DNA from: Clostridiales bacterium
GTDB lineage: Bacteria; Bacillota; Dehalobacteriia; UBA7702
NCBI GenBank assembly: GCA_040766505.1
Contig: JAXGQJ010000001.1
Location: forward strand, 64,836 to 128,835
Direction of reading: 5' to 3'
Length of the DNA: 64,000 nt
Shown: positions 21,401 to 31,310 of the stretch, one piece after another
Numbering within the stretch: position 1 is the first letter of the stretch
Layout of the letters: each line of letters begins with the position of its first letter
Notes under the pieces: generated by a model
Told to the model about the DNA's origin: nothing
Database searches by the model: none
What the model saw: the letters and a program-made list of their open reading frames with translations, nothing else
Position numbers and translations under genes: made by a program

Positions 21401-21513
21401 GCTGCAAAAAGTCATTTTTATGGGGGAGTGACACTCCCGTGGGGTGACGCTGAAGGGCAATAATACGATGCGCTGGATAGTGATGCCAAGAGGTGAAAGG
21501 CATACGTAGTGAC
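18397..21513 (-). CRISPR. Type I-C-like CRISPR array of about 47-49 units with a period of about 65 bp.
   Basis: The consensus repeat on the transcribed (minus) strand is GTCACTCCCCACGGGGAGTGTGGATTGAAAT. Its GTC...GTGGATTGAAAT layout matches known I-C repeats and it has the same orientation as the cas operon. Spacers are about 28-35 nt. A degenerate terminal repeat lies at 18397-18428, and repeats become increasingly degenerate from about 20230 toward the leader. Confidence 0.9.
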
Positions 21514-21650
21514 AGCAACGTGTTTGCTTCTTTTTGGCTAATATGGGCCGGTTTACTTGTTGTTCTTCTAAAAATCCGTGATTGCTCATTTCCTTTGCTT
21601 TTTTAGGGACGATATATGTATTTTAGGGTGCGAGAACCCTGAGATTTCTG
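21514..21650 (-). promoter_or_regulatory. Putative CRISPR leader: an AT-rich spacer between cas2 and the first repeat unit.
   Basis: This AT-rich stretch of about 140 bp has no ORF and lies between the cas2 3' end and the array. That is where the leader sits in the I-C loci I know. Confidence 0.5.
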
Positions 21651-21945
21651 GTCGCTTCGCTGCCTCAAAATCAAGGGTTTCTTTCATGTTTAAACCGACC
21701 TTCGCGCCGATGTGTTGTTGTTTGGAAGTTACCTTTCGATAGTAAAAGCGGAGGCTATCCCGTTCTTTATCGATCAGGCCTTCCAGAATATATTCATTCG
21801 GCTTGCGCCAGCGGCAGGGGCGAGACGTTCAAACACTGAATTTTCAGACACTGAATTCATCAATTTTCGCATTGTTTGGCGACTTTTTGCAGACGTCTTT
21901 TTCCTCCGTTTCTGTGCTGACGTCATGGATAATCAACATCAGCAT
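21603..21945 (-). pseudogene. cas2: Cas2, frameshifted; the 3' end is uncertain, somewhere between about 21603 and 21655.
   Basis: The ATG at 21945 gives MLMLIIHDVSTETEE... Shifted frames then give NSVFERL, LIDKERDSLRFYY and HIGAKVGLNMKETLIL, matching Cas2. Confidence 0.7.
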
Positions 21946-21954
21946 ATCGACACC

Positions 21955-22974
21955 TCATTTCCATAAAAACGGGGGATAGCCGTCAAGATCGCCCCGCAGG
22001 AACCTGGCCAGCAACATTGCCATGCATAGGAACTAGGCCCCCGGGATCTTTCCTTTAAAGGGTGTAAGATTTCACTCCTTTTTTCTTTCTTGCCAGCCGG
22101 AAAGCACCGTCACCGCGTTTCATCGTCCATCTCCGCACAGCGCCATTTCTTTTTTATGAAAGCCCTTTGCCTGTATTTCCTTTTTGTTAATGAGTGTAAT
22201 GGCCAGACGCTCCGCCAATACGCCGCGCATTTCTTCATTAGATCAAGCCAAAGAAGCCCGCCCCGGCCGATCCCGATGAAGGAAGCCCACATAGGCATCG
22301 GGGCCAACGCTTTCAATGCGGCGGCACAATCAGCGGCAAGCAATGTATAAAGGAAAGACAATAGGGCATTGAAGGAATCGAGTGGCGGCCGCTTATTTCT
22401 TCCTCGAAAATAGAAGAACTTCCTTTTGTTGGAGGATGAGCTGATCTAGTTCATGTGAAGCCAATAACCGCCGCCTTCCCTTCGATGCCCCGCAGCGATT
22501 CTAAGTCGCCGCAGGCCTCGCCATTTTTAACAGGTCGGAAAGCCGAAGCGACGCGGCTTTGACCTTCTCGTATCGATACGCCTGCGCCAGTCGCGCATAG
22601 CGCCGCTCAAAATCCATTTGGCATTGTAAATCTTGCCGACAATAAAATTTTCGCGATGAAGCAGCTTTTTCCGCGCTGTCGCTATGCCGGTACTGCTCTT
22701 TGCGCAAAGTGACATTGCCATGGCTTTCCCCGACGACCCGCGCGAGAAAGCGGCCGTTCGCCGTTAAGCTCAGGCCGATATTGCGCTCGGCACAAGCGCC
22801 CATGAGGCCAGGGCTGGCGCCCCGACATAGCCGAAGGTGACGATGGTATCAAGATTGTGGAGGGGCAATTTGCATCTTCGGCTCCTCTTTTTTGGTGAGC
22901 AGCCACGGCTTCGCCCTCAGGCCCAAATAAATTTCGGGGGTTATGACATATAGGGTGTTCAGCAATTTTTTCAT
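21955..22974 (-). pseudogene. cas1: Cas1 (I-C type), at least four frameshifts.
   Basis: The ATG at 22974 gives MKKLLNTLYVITPEIYLGL. Further Cas1 segments are MGACAERNIGLSLTANGRFLARVVGESHGNVTLRKEQYR (22501..22803) and a C-terminal ...LRGDLDGYPPFLWK* ending at 21955. Confidence 0.8.
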
Positions 22975-22986
22975 GGATTCAGATGG

Positions 22987-23623
22987 CTAGAAATGTAGTC
23001 GGCGACCTTTTTCCTCATTGAGCTGCGCTTGAGCAAGTATCGCTGAAACAGGAACGGCAGAAAGCCGCCGGTTTACCTTTGGCGTATGTTTTTCTTGAAA
23101 AATGGTGCATTTCCCCGGCCATTTGTGCCAAGCAATCCCGCGATTCCTGTGTAAATACCCGCCCGTGCGGCGCTTTGTTTCGCCATAATAAAGGTATCCT
23201 TTGGCAACCGTGCAGGCCAGCATTTCTTCAAGGCAAATGGCTTGGGCACAAAGCTGCAAATCGTCTTCCCGCCCCTTTTTTGGGTTTTCCTCTTTTGTAT
23301 TCCACGGGGCAAAGCAAATATCTGCCCGCTTGCGCCCAAGAGAACGCCATTTTCGTCCTGATAAAACTCCACTACATCCTGATACCGGAAAGTCCCACAG
23401 TTCGCAGGGAGGAAACCGCCAGGCCGCCAATGGTGAGCAACCCTTTTCGCTTTTCTTGAAAGGAATCGCCGTGGACTCTTTCGTAGAGAATCTTCCCTTC
23501 CGTGGTGAGTAGATTTTCCTGCACCACTGCCTTTCGATATGGATCAAGGCCCACTGGCGGCGACGGGGCAAAATGCTGTATGCCGGAAAGGCAGATAACC
23601 GCACCTCTTCAAAATCAGGTCAT
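22987..23623 (-). pseudogene. cas4: Cas4 (RecB-like nuclease), at least three frameshifts.
   Basis: Its start overlaps the cas7 stop (ATGA at 23620-23623). Recognisable segments are RRRQWALIHIE, VEYKRGKPK-like EYKRGKPKKGR and DDLQLCAQAICLEEMLACTVAKGYLYYGETKRR. Confidence 0.75.
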
Positions 23624-24510
23624 TTTATCAGCCGCATTACAGTCACTCCCGGGGGGATTCGGCTTTCATCCAATTCTACCCGATAATCGCCGTATTTTCT
23701 AGCCGGAAGGTCGTGGATTTTCTCGACGTGGATTGTGTCGAACAATGTATGGGCGGGCGCATTGCCGAAGATGCTTTCATGTTGAAAGACGATCAGCTCT
23801 CGCACGGCCATTTTTCCCCTGGCGGCGGAACGGTCTTCTTCAAACATGTGGATGATGGCTTCCCAGAGCAATTGCAAATCTTCTTTGGAAAAACCGGTGG
23901 ATTTTTGCGATAGATTGGCGGATACGAAACCCTCCGCCCGGTAAAGGCCATAAGGAACCACATGTTTTCTACCCATTTCCGTCCCTTTTTTGGCGGCGTC
24001 CTCCTCTTTGGTGATGGCCACCCGGGTGATGGTCACCTCCCTTTGTACGATCGGATCGATGCTGCGGCTGAAGCCAATCTGCACCGGCCCGCGGATCTGA
24101 CCGCAGTTGAGGGCTGCCTTGACGAAGGTGACCATCACCGCGCCAAAGGTGCGGATATCGTAGAAATTTTGGCACATATAATCGCGGATTTTCCGGTCGA
24201 TCTCAGGATCGCTCTTTTTTAGGTCTATAATTTTATTCTCTTCGGTGCCGAATTTGCTATAGGCCTGTTTGTCCAGAACATTGAGGGGGGTTCTTTCTTG
24301 AATATAGATACCATAGCCCTCTTCGCCTTCTTTGACGGCCTGGACATAGTTGCGGATTTTTCGTTTCAAACAGACGTCGGTAACGATGCCGTGGCCGGTT
24401 TCCGGATCGATTCTGGGCATATTTCCAGCGTCGGGATCGCCATTGGGGTTGCCGTTTTCCACATCGTAGAGAATGACAAATTCGTAACGGTTTTTAATTG
24501 CTGTGGCCAT
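23620..24510 (-). CDS. cas7: Cas7 (Csd2, type I-C); the only cas gene with an intact frame.
   Basis: 296-aa intact ORF beginning MATAIKNRYEFVILYDVENGNPNGDPDAGNMPRIDPETGHGIVTDVCLKRKIRNYV, the Csd2/Cas7c signature. Confidence 0.9.
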   Translation of the reverse strand: MATAIKNRYEFVILYDVENGNPNGDPDAGNMPRIDPETGHGIVTDVCLKRKIRNYVQAVKEGEEGYGIYIQERTPLNVLDKQAYSKFGTEENKIIDLKKSDPEIDRKIRDYMCQNFYDIRTFGAVMVTFVKAALNCGQIRGPVQIGFSRSIDPIVQREVTITRVAITKEEDAAKKGTEMGRKHVVPYGLYRAEGFVSANLSQKSTGFSKEDLQLLWEAIIHMFEEDRSAARGKMAVRELIVFQHESIFGNAPAHTLFDTIHVEKIHDLPARKYGDYRVELDESRIPPGVTVMRLIK

Positions 24511-26277
24511 TGTTTTTTTCCTCCTTGTCCTTCTTTACAAAAAAGGCTTTTTTCTGATGGTAATAGCCGAGGATGAAAATACCTTGGTCGTTCAAAGACA
24601 GGTGCGCGGGAAAAGGCGCATCCTCTACGCTTAGCTTGTCCAGGAGATGCTGGATTCTGCGGTCGCTGACATAGCCATACGTAGCCTTGGCGATGTGATG
24701 ATTGGACAGTCGCAGCAAAGTGGGGAAGATGCTTTCCGGATTGGCACAGGCCGAATCGAAATAGCGGTCTTTGATGGTGGCATTGAGGCCGGGGCTCGCA
24801 TCTTCCTGCGCTTTTTCTAAAACGGCGAAAAGCCGCCCCAGGGTATAGGCTTTATTTTTGCTTTCTTCGCTTAAAGACACCTTCAATTCCTCCTTATATT
24901 TTTCTTTTTCTTTGCGGAGCAAAAACGCCTTGATGATGGCGGCTTTGCCGCGGTTGATGTCCTTTTCCGCCCGGATGCGGAGGATTATGCTGTTAAACAG
25001 CAATTCGGGATAGGAAAGACCGCCAAAGATGGCGCGCAGCACCGCCCCGGCCAAAAGGGGCGAAGCCGCCTTTTCCTTGGCCTTGGGGGGTACCGTTTCC
25101 AGCATCAGCTTCCATAGGGGCAGATAAGGGGGATCCTGGGGCGCTCTCTCAATCTCCAAGTCGCGGTAATGGGCACGGATATTTTCGATAAAACTGCCGA
25201 AGGTATTGGTGAGAAAAAAGCGTACCGATATTCTGGCCACATTGGGAGAGAGACCCAAAACATAGAAACGGGTATCAAGGTCAAGCCGATCACGAAAATC
25301 CTCCGCCGGCGCGCCGGCCATGATTTTCTGGAAAAGCTCCCGAAGTCCGGCTTCTACCTCCCGATCCACCATAAGATCTCCGCCGTCCTTTTCCTCTGTG
25401 GGATTGAGGCAAAAGGTAAAGAGGTCTTGATATAGCGTGGAAGGGCTCACAACCCAATAAACAAGGTGGTGTCGCCGAAAACTTGGGTGTTTTTGCCGCG
25501 CAAAAGATGATTGAGAGCCGTCGTATACGCAAAGGCGGCATATTCGCTGACAGGGGCATTGCGCCCTTAAGTCCTTTAACTGTCCCGCATACATAGGATT
25601 CATAGGCATTGGCATTGAAGGAGACGATGGAAGCGCCGGTTCCCTGGGCGCCCCTGACCCGTTTAATGCTTGGATGCAAGATGGCGATGGGGGCCTTTTC
25701 CCCTGTGATCAGACATTGCATTTCGATCTTGCTACTGTGGGCGGCGCGATGGCGCTCCCAGGCGGCACGCAGGGCCGGGTGGTCGTGGGCATAGCGGTCG
25801 CCGAGCATAAAAACAATATTGCCGCCGCCGGTCAAGGCATCCAACTGTTCCTGAAAGGCCGGAACTTTGGCAATCAAATCCGGCTGCCAGCGCGCTAAAA
25901 AGGACAGGAATTGCCTTGGCTTCCGAGGATCTCCCAATCGCTTTTAAAAGCTCTTGGTGCAGGGCTTGAAAGGCAGCGAAGCATTGTTTTGCCCTTTGGG
26001 GCTTGCCTTTTGATCCGCACACAACATAGGTGGAATTGCCCCATAGGAAATTGGCGCTGATGTCCGCCGCTTTCTTTTTTACTTCGGTAATTCCAGCGTT
26101 TAGAGGATTTCACCGTCTTTTGCCCCGCAAGACGCTGGTCTTTTGAAGCAAGCTTGCGGCTCTCCTTCCGCCGTAAGCTGGAGGGCAAAGGAAATGTCGG
26201 CCTGCGCCAGCCGGGCTTCGAAATCTCTCCGACCCCGTCCGGAATTTCGCAATCCTCACCAGAGATTGCAATATCAT
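24494..26277 (-). pseudogene. cas8c: Cas8c (Csd1) large subunit, at least four frameshifts.
   Basis: The ATG at 26277 gives MILQSLV..., a Csd1-like start. The C-terminal 373-aa ORF 24494..25615 is intact, and fragments 25290..25937, 25732..26022 and 25895..26188 cover the rest. It sits between cas5 and cas7, as expected for I-C. Confidence 0.75.
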
Positions 26278-26932
26278 CTGACCACCCGCAATCCTTGAGA
26301 TCGAGGGTGCCATTGGTGAGTTGGGCGCGAAAGAAGGTGGGCCGGATATCCGGGGATTGGAATAATCCATATCGAAGAGCATATAGCCCAGATCAAAATA
26401 CTCCCGGATGCGCAGGCTATTTCCTCCTCTTCCAGCAGGCAATAAACTGGGGAATTCGCGGCAGCCAAAGCATGGCTGGTGAAAACGCATTGCCCCGACC
26501 GCAAGTAGCGCAAGGCAATGTGCCAATGCTTTTCCGGCGCTTCTCCCCGGGCCGGCTTTGTCCGTGAGCTCGAAGTGGGCTTCGATCACGAAGCCGGACA
26601 TCCCGCAGCACCAAAACTGGCCCGCTGCTGAATGGCAGTGAGTGAGTATAGATGGGCTTCACACTTTTTACCATGGCGCTTCGGACATTGAACGCCGAGA
26701 GTTGTCGCTCCCACCTCATTGCGGCGGATATTGGTGAAGCGAATGGGAAAACATGGATTTTGTCGATTTTCCAGCGCAGCGCCGGCTTCCAATAAATAGC
26801 CTCGATCAGGCCCCGGGCCGCCGACGGCGTCATGACCTCATAGCTTACCCTCTCCACCTTCATCTCCGGGCGGCTGAAGAGGGCGTATTCTCCCCAGGTT
26901 TCAACCCTGATTCCGTATCCCAATGGTTTCAC
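26274..26932 (-). pseudogene. cas5: Cas5c (Cas5d) pre-crRNA endonuclease subunit, at least two frameshifts.
   Basis: The N-terminus is [61 protein letters not shown]. Shifted frames then give [12 protein letters not shown] and [14 protein letters not shown]. Its stop overlaps the cas8c ATG. Confidence 0.8.
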
Positions 26933-26969
26933 TCCTTTCTTTCATTTCATCTGGAAAGTTTCTTCCTGT

Positions 26970-29104
26970 TTAAATAAAAACACCCATTCCGTCATCCACC
27001 TGATCGTCGAGGCCGGTTTCTTCGCTATAGCGGCGCAGATCGACCAGGATGGAAAGCTCTTCATCTAGGGCTTCAATGGCCTGAATTCCCAAAAGCGCCC
27101 GGTAGGGTTTGTCATAGACATTGACAGTATAAAGTTGCATCTTGCGGAGCAAATCACGGTTGCGTTCCCCGTTTCGCAGCCTTTCGGCGAGGGCCTTGGC
27201 CTCCTGATCCCGAGGGATAAAGACCGCATGGGTGGCGTCGGCGATAAGGTGAAAGTTTTCCGCAATCGTAGCAAAGGGAAAGCTGCCGCCATTTTGGGCG
27301 CCTTCTTCAAAAGCGTTGACGATCCCGTTGGCGTCCAGACCTTCCCCGGTTGCCGTATGGAGCAGAGTGAAAAAAGCGTCAATGGCTTCCGGTGCGGCAA
27401 TGTCGTCATATGTTGCGATGATGCTTTTGCCCACATGAACCGGTCGACGGAGCATGGCGGGAAGATGGTCTCTATAGGCCGCCTCGGGCCGGAAATGGTA
27501 AACCGGGCCGCTCTTCCGTTTGCCCTCCCGGTTGCAGCGGCCCGCCGCCTGAACCAAAGAATCGATGCCGGTTTCGGCCCGGTAAACAGCGGGAAAATCC
27601 ACGTCGACGCCGGCCTCGATCAAACTGGTGGAAATGACGCGGCAGTGGAGATCCGCCTGTAAGCGCCGCCGGATCTCCTCTAAAACAGCTTTTCTGTGGG
27701 CCGGAAACATCAGCGTGGATAGGTGAAAAACCCCTTCCCCTTTTAGGCGTCGGAAGAGGTTTTGGGCTTGCCTGCGCAGATTGACGATGCAGAGGGCTTG
27801 CCGTTCACCGTTGAGGCGGTCGGCCAAAGCCGCATCGTCCAATTCGCCTAAGTTGACGAATTCGGTGCGTCTAAAAAAAGCATACATTTCCGCCGTATTT
27901 TCGCATATTTCTCTGGCATTGATCTCCGGCGGAAAATGTTTGTCAAGGCGGGGTTGGGTGGCGGAGCAGAGCACCGCCGTGCTCCCGTAATTGTAGACGA
28001 GCTCGGCGATGGCGCGGACGCAGGGCAAAAGATAGGGATGGGGAGCATTTTGCGCTTCGTCGAAGATGACGATGCTATTGGCGAGATTGTGGAGTTTGCG
28101 GCATTTGGAGGGGCCGGTTGGCAAAGACAGATTCAAAGAACTGCACCGTTGTTGTCACGATGACGGGCATATCCCAGTTTTCCGTCGCCAACCGCTGTTT
28201 GGTCAAGTTTTCGTCGGCGTCGTCGTATGCGAAGTTGGCATGGTGCTCCAGCACATTTTCCTTTCAAGATGGATTTAAACACCGCCGCGTTTTGCTCGAT
28301 AATGGAATGGTAGGGGATTACATAGACGATGCGTTTCAGCCGATGTTTTTTGGCATGTCGCAAGGCGAAGGCTAGGGAGGAAATGGTCTTTGCCGCCGCC
28401 GGTGGGGACGGTGAAGTGAAGAGACCGGGGTTCCCAGGCTCGGTCAAGGCAGTTTTGTAGTATGTCCGAGCGCTTGCGTGGTTGATATTGAAGTCAGCGG
28501 TTCAAAACCGGCGATATATTGTGCGAGTTTGGGCAATTCGGGATTGCGATCGAACGCCGCGTTCGGTCGGCGGAGACATGAAGGCTTCCGTATCCAAGAA
28601 AGTCCGCATCGACCAGGCAGGAGAAAAGCATGCGTATATAAAATGAAAGGCTAAAGCCGCCGTTTCCCAGCGGCTTGATCGGGAGATTTGTTTTGGGTGC
28701 GGGGATTTCCAGTTCCGTGCAAAAGGCGCCATAGTCCGGCAGCGCTTTTTTTAGCCGCCCCGCCAAGGTAGGCTCTCCTCTCAGACTGGCCAGGGAACCG
28801 CCGTCGGGCAGGCCGCGCCATGGTGGCCTGCGATGGCATAGGCATACAACCGCCCCAGGGGTTTGATAACGGTTCGCTTCACGGCGCCGGCGGTGGAATG
28901 GTCCTGAGATTGCTGCCGCGGATGCGTTTTTGGAAGGGTTGGGAATACTTGCCAATATCGTGAAACAAGCCGCAGCGCCAGGCATCCTCCTCGCCGAAGC
29001 CGTCACCAAAACGTTTGGCCTGCGCGGCGACGGCTCCAGATGGGCTTTTAGCGTCTGTTCTTCGCCATCTTTCCCTGATAGCGGGCGATATAGGTTTCGG
29101 TCAT
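26970..29104 (-). pseudogene. cas3: Cas3 (HD nuclease plus DEAD/DEAH helicase), at least four frameshifts in the N-terminal half.
   Basis: The C-terminal 388-aa ORF 26970..28136 carries VIFDEAQ and helicase motifs. The Walker A region PTGGGKT is readable near 28400, and the HD motif LFHDIGKYS near 28960. The ATG is at 29104. Confidence 0.8.
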
Positions 29105-29721
29105 ATCGATCACCTTCTCAAAAAGCCGTTTTGCTGTTCCTACGGCTTTGCATTCCACCGAGCGGCTGGATATCGTTGAAGATCGTTGCCGCATTCAATG
29201 TCGGGCATTGGCGGGCCATTGGGAAGCGTGGCGTCGGCGGCAATCTCCCCATCGTCTTCGGCAGCGCGGCTTTGCTGCCGCAGTTAAGAAGGCGATTCCT
29301 TTGAAAATAGGCTTTTTTGAATGGGCGGCCGCCGCGAGAGAATAAGCAATGGCGCTCCCATTTGCGGCTTTTTGCAGGCCCTCCGTTTTTTAGTCCTGCC
29401 AACCGCCTTTACAGGCAATCGCGGCCATTCGCCTTTATCGGCCATTTCATCGGCTTTTCCCTTTTTATATCTATTCTTCGTCAAATAAAAAAACTCCGGA
29501 GTTTGATCCAACCATAAAACATTGAAGCGAATTTCGCCCTATGGGTTTTGGCCTTGCCCTTAAATCGAAAAAACAGGCCGGGCCGGCCGCCGCCTTTGCC
29601 CTTATATTGGGCCATTGGCGGGCATGCGAAGGCGGAAAAACCGAAAAGAGGAGAAACGGCCTTTGTGGTCTAATACTAGATACTACAACGGTTCCTCGGT
29701 GGAATATGGGGAGGTGAATCT

Positions 29722-30096
29722 TTGCATATGGCACTGCAAATCAAACGCATCTATGACCCCTTTCAGGCCGGCGACGGAACGCGTTTGCTGGTGGATCGTC
29801 TATGGCCGCGGGGTGTTTCCAAAGAAGGGGCCCGTCTGGACGGATGGGCGAAAGCGCTGGCCCCCAGCGGGGGACTTCGAACCTGGTTTGGGCATAAAGC
29901 GGAAAACTTCGCTGAATTTGCCCTGCTTTACCGCGCCGAACTGGACGCGAGCAAAGAGGCGCAGGCAATGGCCGAACAGGTCATTCTTCAAAGCGGGGAG
30001 GGCATGGTCACCTTGCTCTATGGGGCAAAGGATCCCCAAATCAACCACGCCATTGTTTTAAAAACATATTTGGAGGAAAAATCAAAACCCAGGTAA
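29722..30096 (+). CDS. DUF488 (YeaO-like) family protein.
   Basis: Intact 124-aa ORF. IKRIYDPFQAGDGTRLLVDRLWPRGVSKEGARLDGWAKALAPS closely parallels E. coli YeaO (KRVYDP...GYRILVDRLWPRG). Confidence 0.85.
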   Translation: MHMALQIKRIYDPFQAGDGTRLLVDRLWPRGVSKEGARLDGWAKALAPSGGLRTWFGHKAENFAEFALLYRAELDASKEAQAMAEQVILQSGEGMVTLLYGAKDPQINHAIVLKTYLEEKSKPR

Positions 30097-30172
30097 GCAG
30101 CCTGGGTAAAGTGTGGATATATCGCGAAGGCGCGGGCAGAATAATGCATGATATGCCCATATTCGGCAAGCC

Positions 30173-30751
30173 TTGGAGGAAGAAATGCATCCATGCTTTG
30201 CACCGTCGATCTGGCCGGAAGATGAAATCCCGGCGGGGGCCGACCATTATCGCCAATGTGAACTGTGCACGCAAAAGTCCCGCGTCATTTGGGGGGAAGG
30301 GAACCCCAAAGCGCCTGTTTTCATCATTTTAGACAATCCGGGGGCCCGGGAAGATCAAGGCGGCAATGCATATGTTTGCCCAACGCGGCAAACCCTGCAA
30401 ACAGCATTGCATCAAGCCAATCTAGGGCCGGATAATGTTTATGTAACCTATCTATTGAAATGCAAACCCCTGCGCCGGTATGACAAAGAAGAAGCCCGGG
30501 CCTTCAGCAAGCCATTTTTAATTGGCCAGATAGAAAGGATGCGGCCAAAGTTCATTGTCTGTCTGGGCGATGTGGTCGTCCGGGTGATGTTTGATGACCG
30601 AGAGGCTTGCGTAAAAAACTTGAGAGGCCGCTGGCATACGGTTCTGGGACGCCCCTGCCTGGTTTCCTACCACCCGTTGGCGGTTAGGAGACGGCCCAAT
30701 CTAATGTGCCGGTTTATGGAAGATTGGAACATGTTGGCGCAGCGTTTATAG
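30173..30751 (+). CDS. Uracil-DNA glycosylase superfamily protein (family 4/5-like).
   Basis: Intact ORF; CELCTQKSRVIWGEGNPKAPVFIILDNPGAREDQGG matches the UDG family-4-type motif. The start may instead be the Met at 30185. Confidence 0.75.
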   Translation: MEEEMHPCFAPSIWPEDEIPAGADHYRQCELCTQKSRVIWGEGNPKAPVFIILDNPGAREDQGGNAYVCPTRQTLQTALHQANLGPDNVYVTYLLKCKPLRRYDKEEARAFSKPFLIGQIERMRPKFIVCLGDVVVRVMFDDREACVKNLRGRWHTVLGRPCLVSYHPLAVRRRPNLMCRFMEDWNMLAQRL

Positions 30752-30837
30752 CGGGAAGGATCGGGCATCGCATTCCCCCGTTTTTGGTCTAGGCAGTGAT
30801 CCGGGCCGTACCCAAATATGACCGACGCTATGCCCCG

Positions 30838-30876
30838 CCCCGCCGACAGACAATCGGCGGGGACTTTGTTTTTTGT
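30838..30876 (+). terminator. Rho-independent terminator downstream of the UDG gene.
   Basis: Stem CCCCGCCGA / TCGGCGGGG followed by a T-rich tract (TTTGTTTTTT). Confidence 0.6.
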
Positions 30877-30930
30877 GACCGGCGAACCTTCCGCACCGGT
30901 AAGCATATATTGTAAATACAAGGAAGGGGG

Positions 30931-31164
30931 ATGCATTTTATGAACCAGTGGCTCAGAAGTTTGAAAACCGCTACGCCGCAAGAGGGCTTTGAATTGGCCA
31001 TTAAACTTTCTCAAAAAGGTGTGGAGTATACCCAGCCATCCGCGGAGATTCGAAAACGGTTGCGCCCCAAATACTCAAAAAACGCCGACAGTCTGATCTC
31101 CGCCACGCAAGTAATCGCCATAAATTACCAAACGGTGGCCGCCGCGAACAACTATTGGAGGTAA
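30931..31164 (+). CDS. Small hypothetical protein.
   Basis: 77-aa ORF preceded by AAGGAAGGGGG. No family was recognised. Confidence 0.35.
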   Translation: MHFMNQWLRSLKTATPQEGFELAIKLSQKGVEYTQPSAEIRKRLRPKYSKNADSLISATQVIAINYQTVAAANNYWR

Positions 31165-31204
31165 TCATAGATGTCATAAAAAGCGGGGCCGGTTGCGGCG
31201 GCCG

Positions 31205-31250
31205 CGCAAAACAAAGTCCCCCCAGCCTATGCCGAAGAGGGGACTTTCTT
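31205..31250 (-). terminator. Rho-independent terminator downstream of the lutBA fusion gene.
   Basis: Stem AAAGTCCCC / GGGGACTTT (31213-31247), followed on the minus strand by GTTTTG. Confidence 0.55.
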
Positions 31251-31310
31251 TACACCCCGGGCCCGCCGGTTTAACGGGTGCCGATCGGGTGATTTTATGG
31301 TTCGCTGTTT

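Noticed and set aside
18397-21513. Self-targeting spacers against this window.
   Set aside because: I noticed no spacer matching elsewhere in the 64 kb by eye, but this was not a systematic search. It needs a BLAST of all spacers against the genome.
18470-21589. ORFs of 100-200 aa inside the CRISPR array (18470..19066, 18573..19028, 19291..19647, 19985..20377, 21221..21589) with recurring PRG / TPTGSGGLK peptides.
   Set aside because: The peptide periodicity is simply the translated repeat GTCAC..CCCCACGGGG..ATTGAAAT. These are artefacts of reading through a CRISPR array.
21603-29104. Calling the CRISPR-Cas locus, topB, efp, moaC and others definitively dead pseudogenes.
   Set aside because: Frame breaks often sit in homopolymers and also hit efp. 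Without reads I cannot separate sequencing or consensus error from biology, so both readings are kept open.
29485-29504. AAACTCCGGAGTTT plus a T-run (minus strand) as a firm intrinsic terminator.
   Set aside because: The stem is only about 5 bp and mostly A-U, and no upstream minus-strand gene exists. It is mentioned only as a weak feature.
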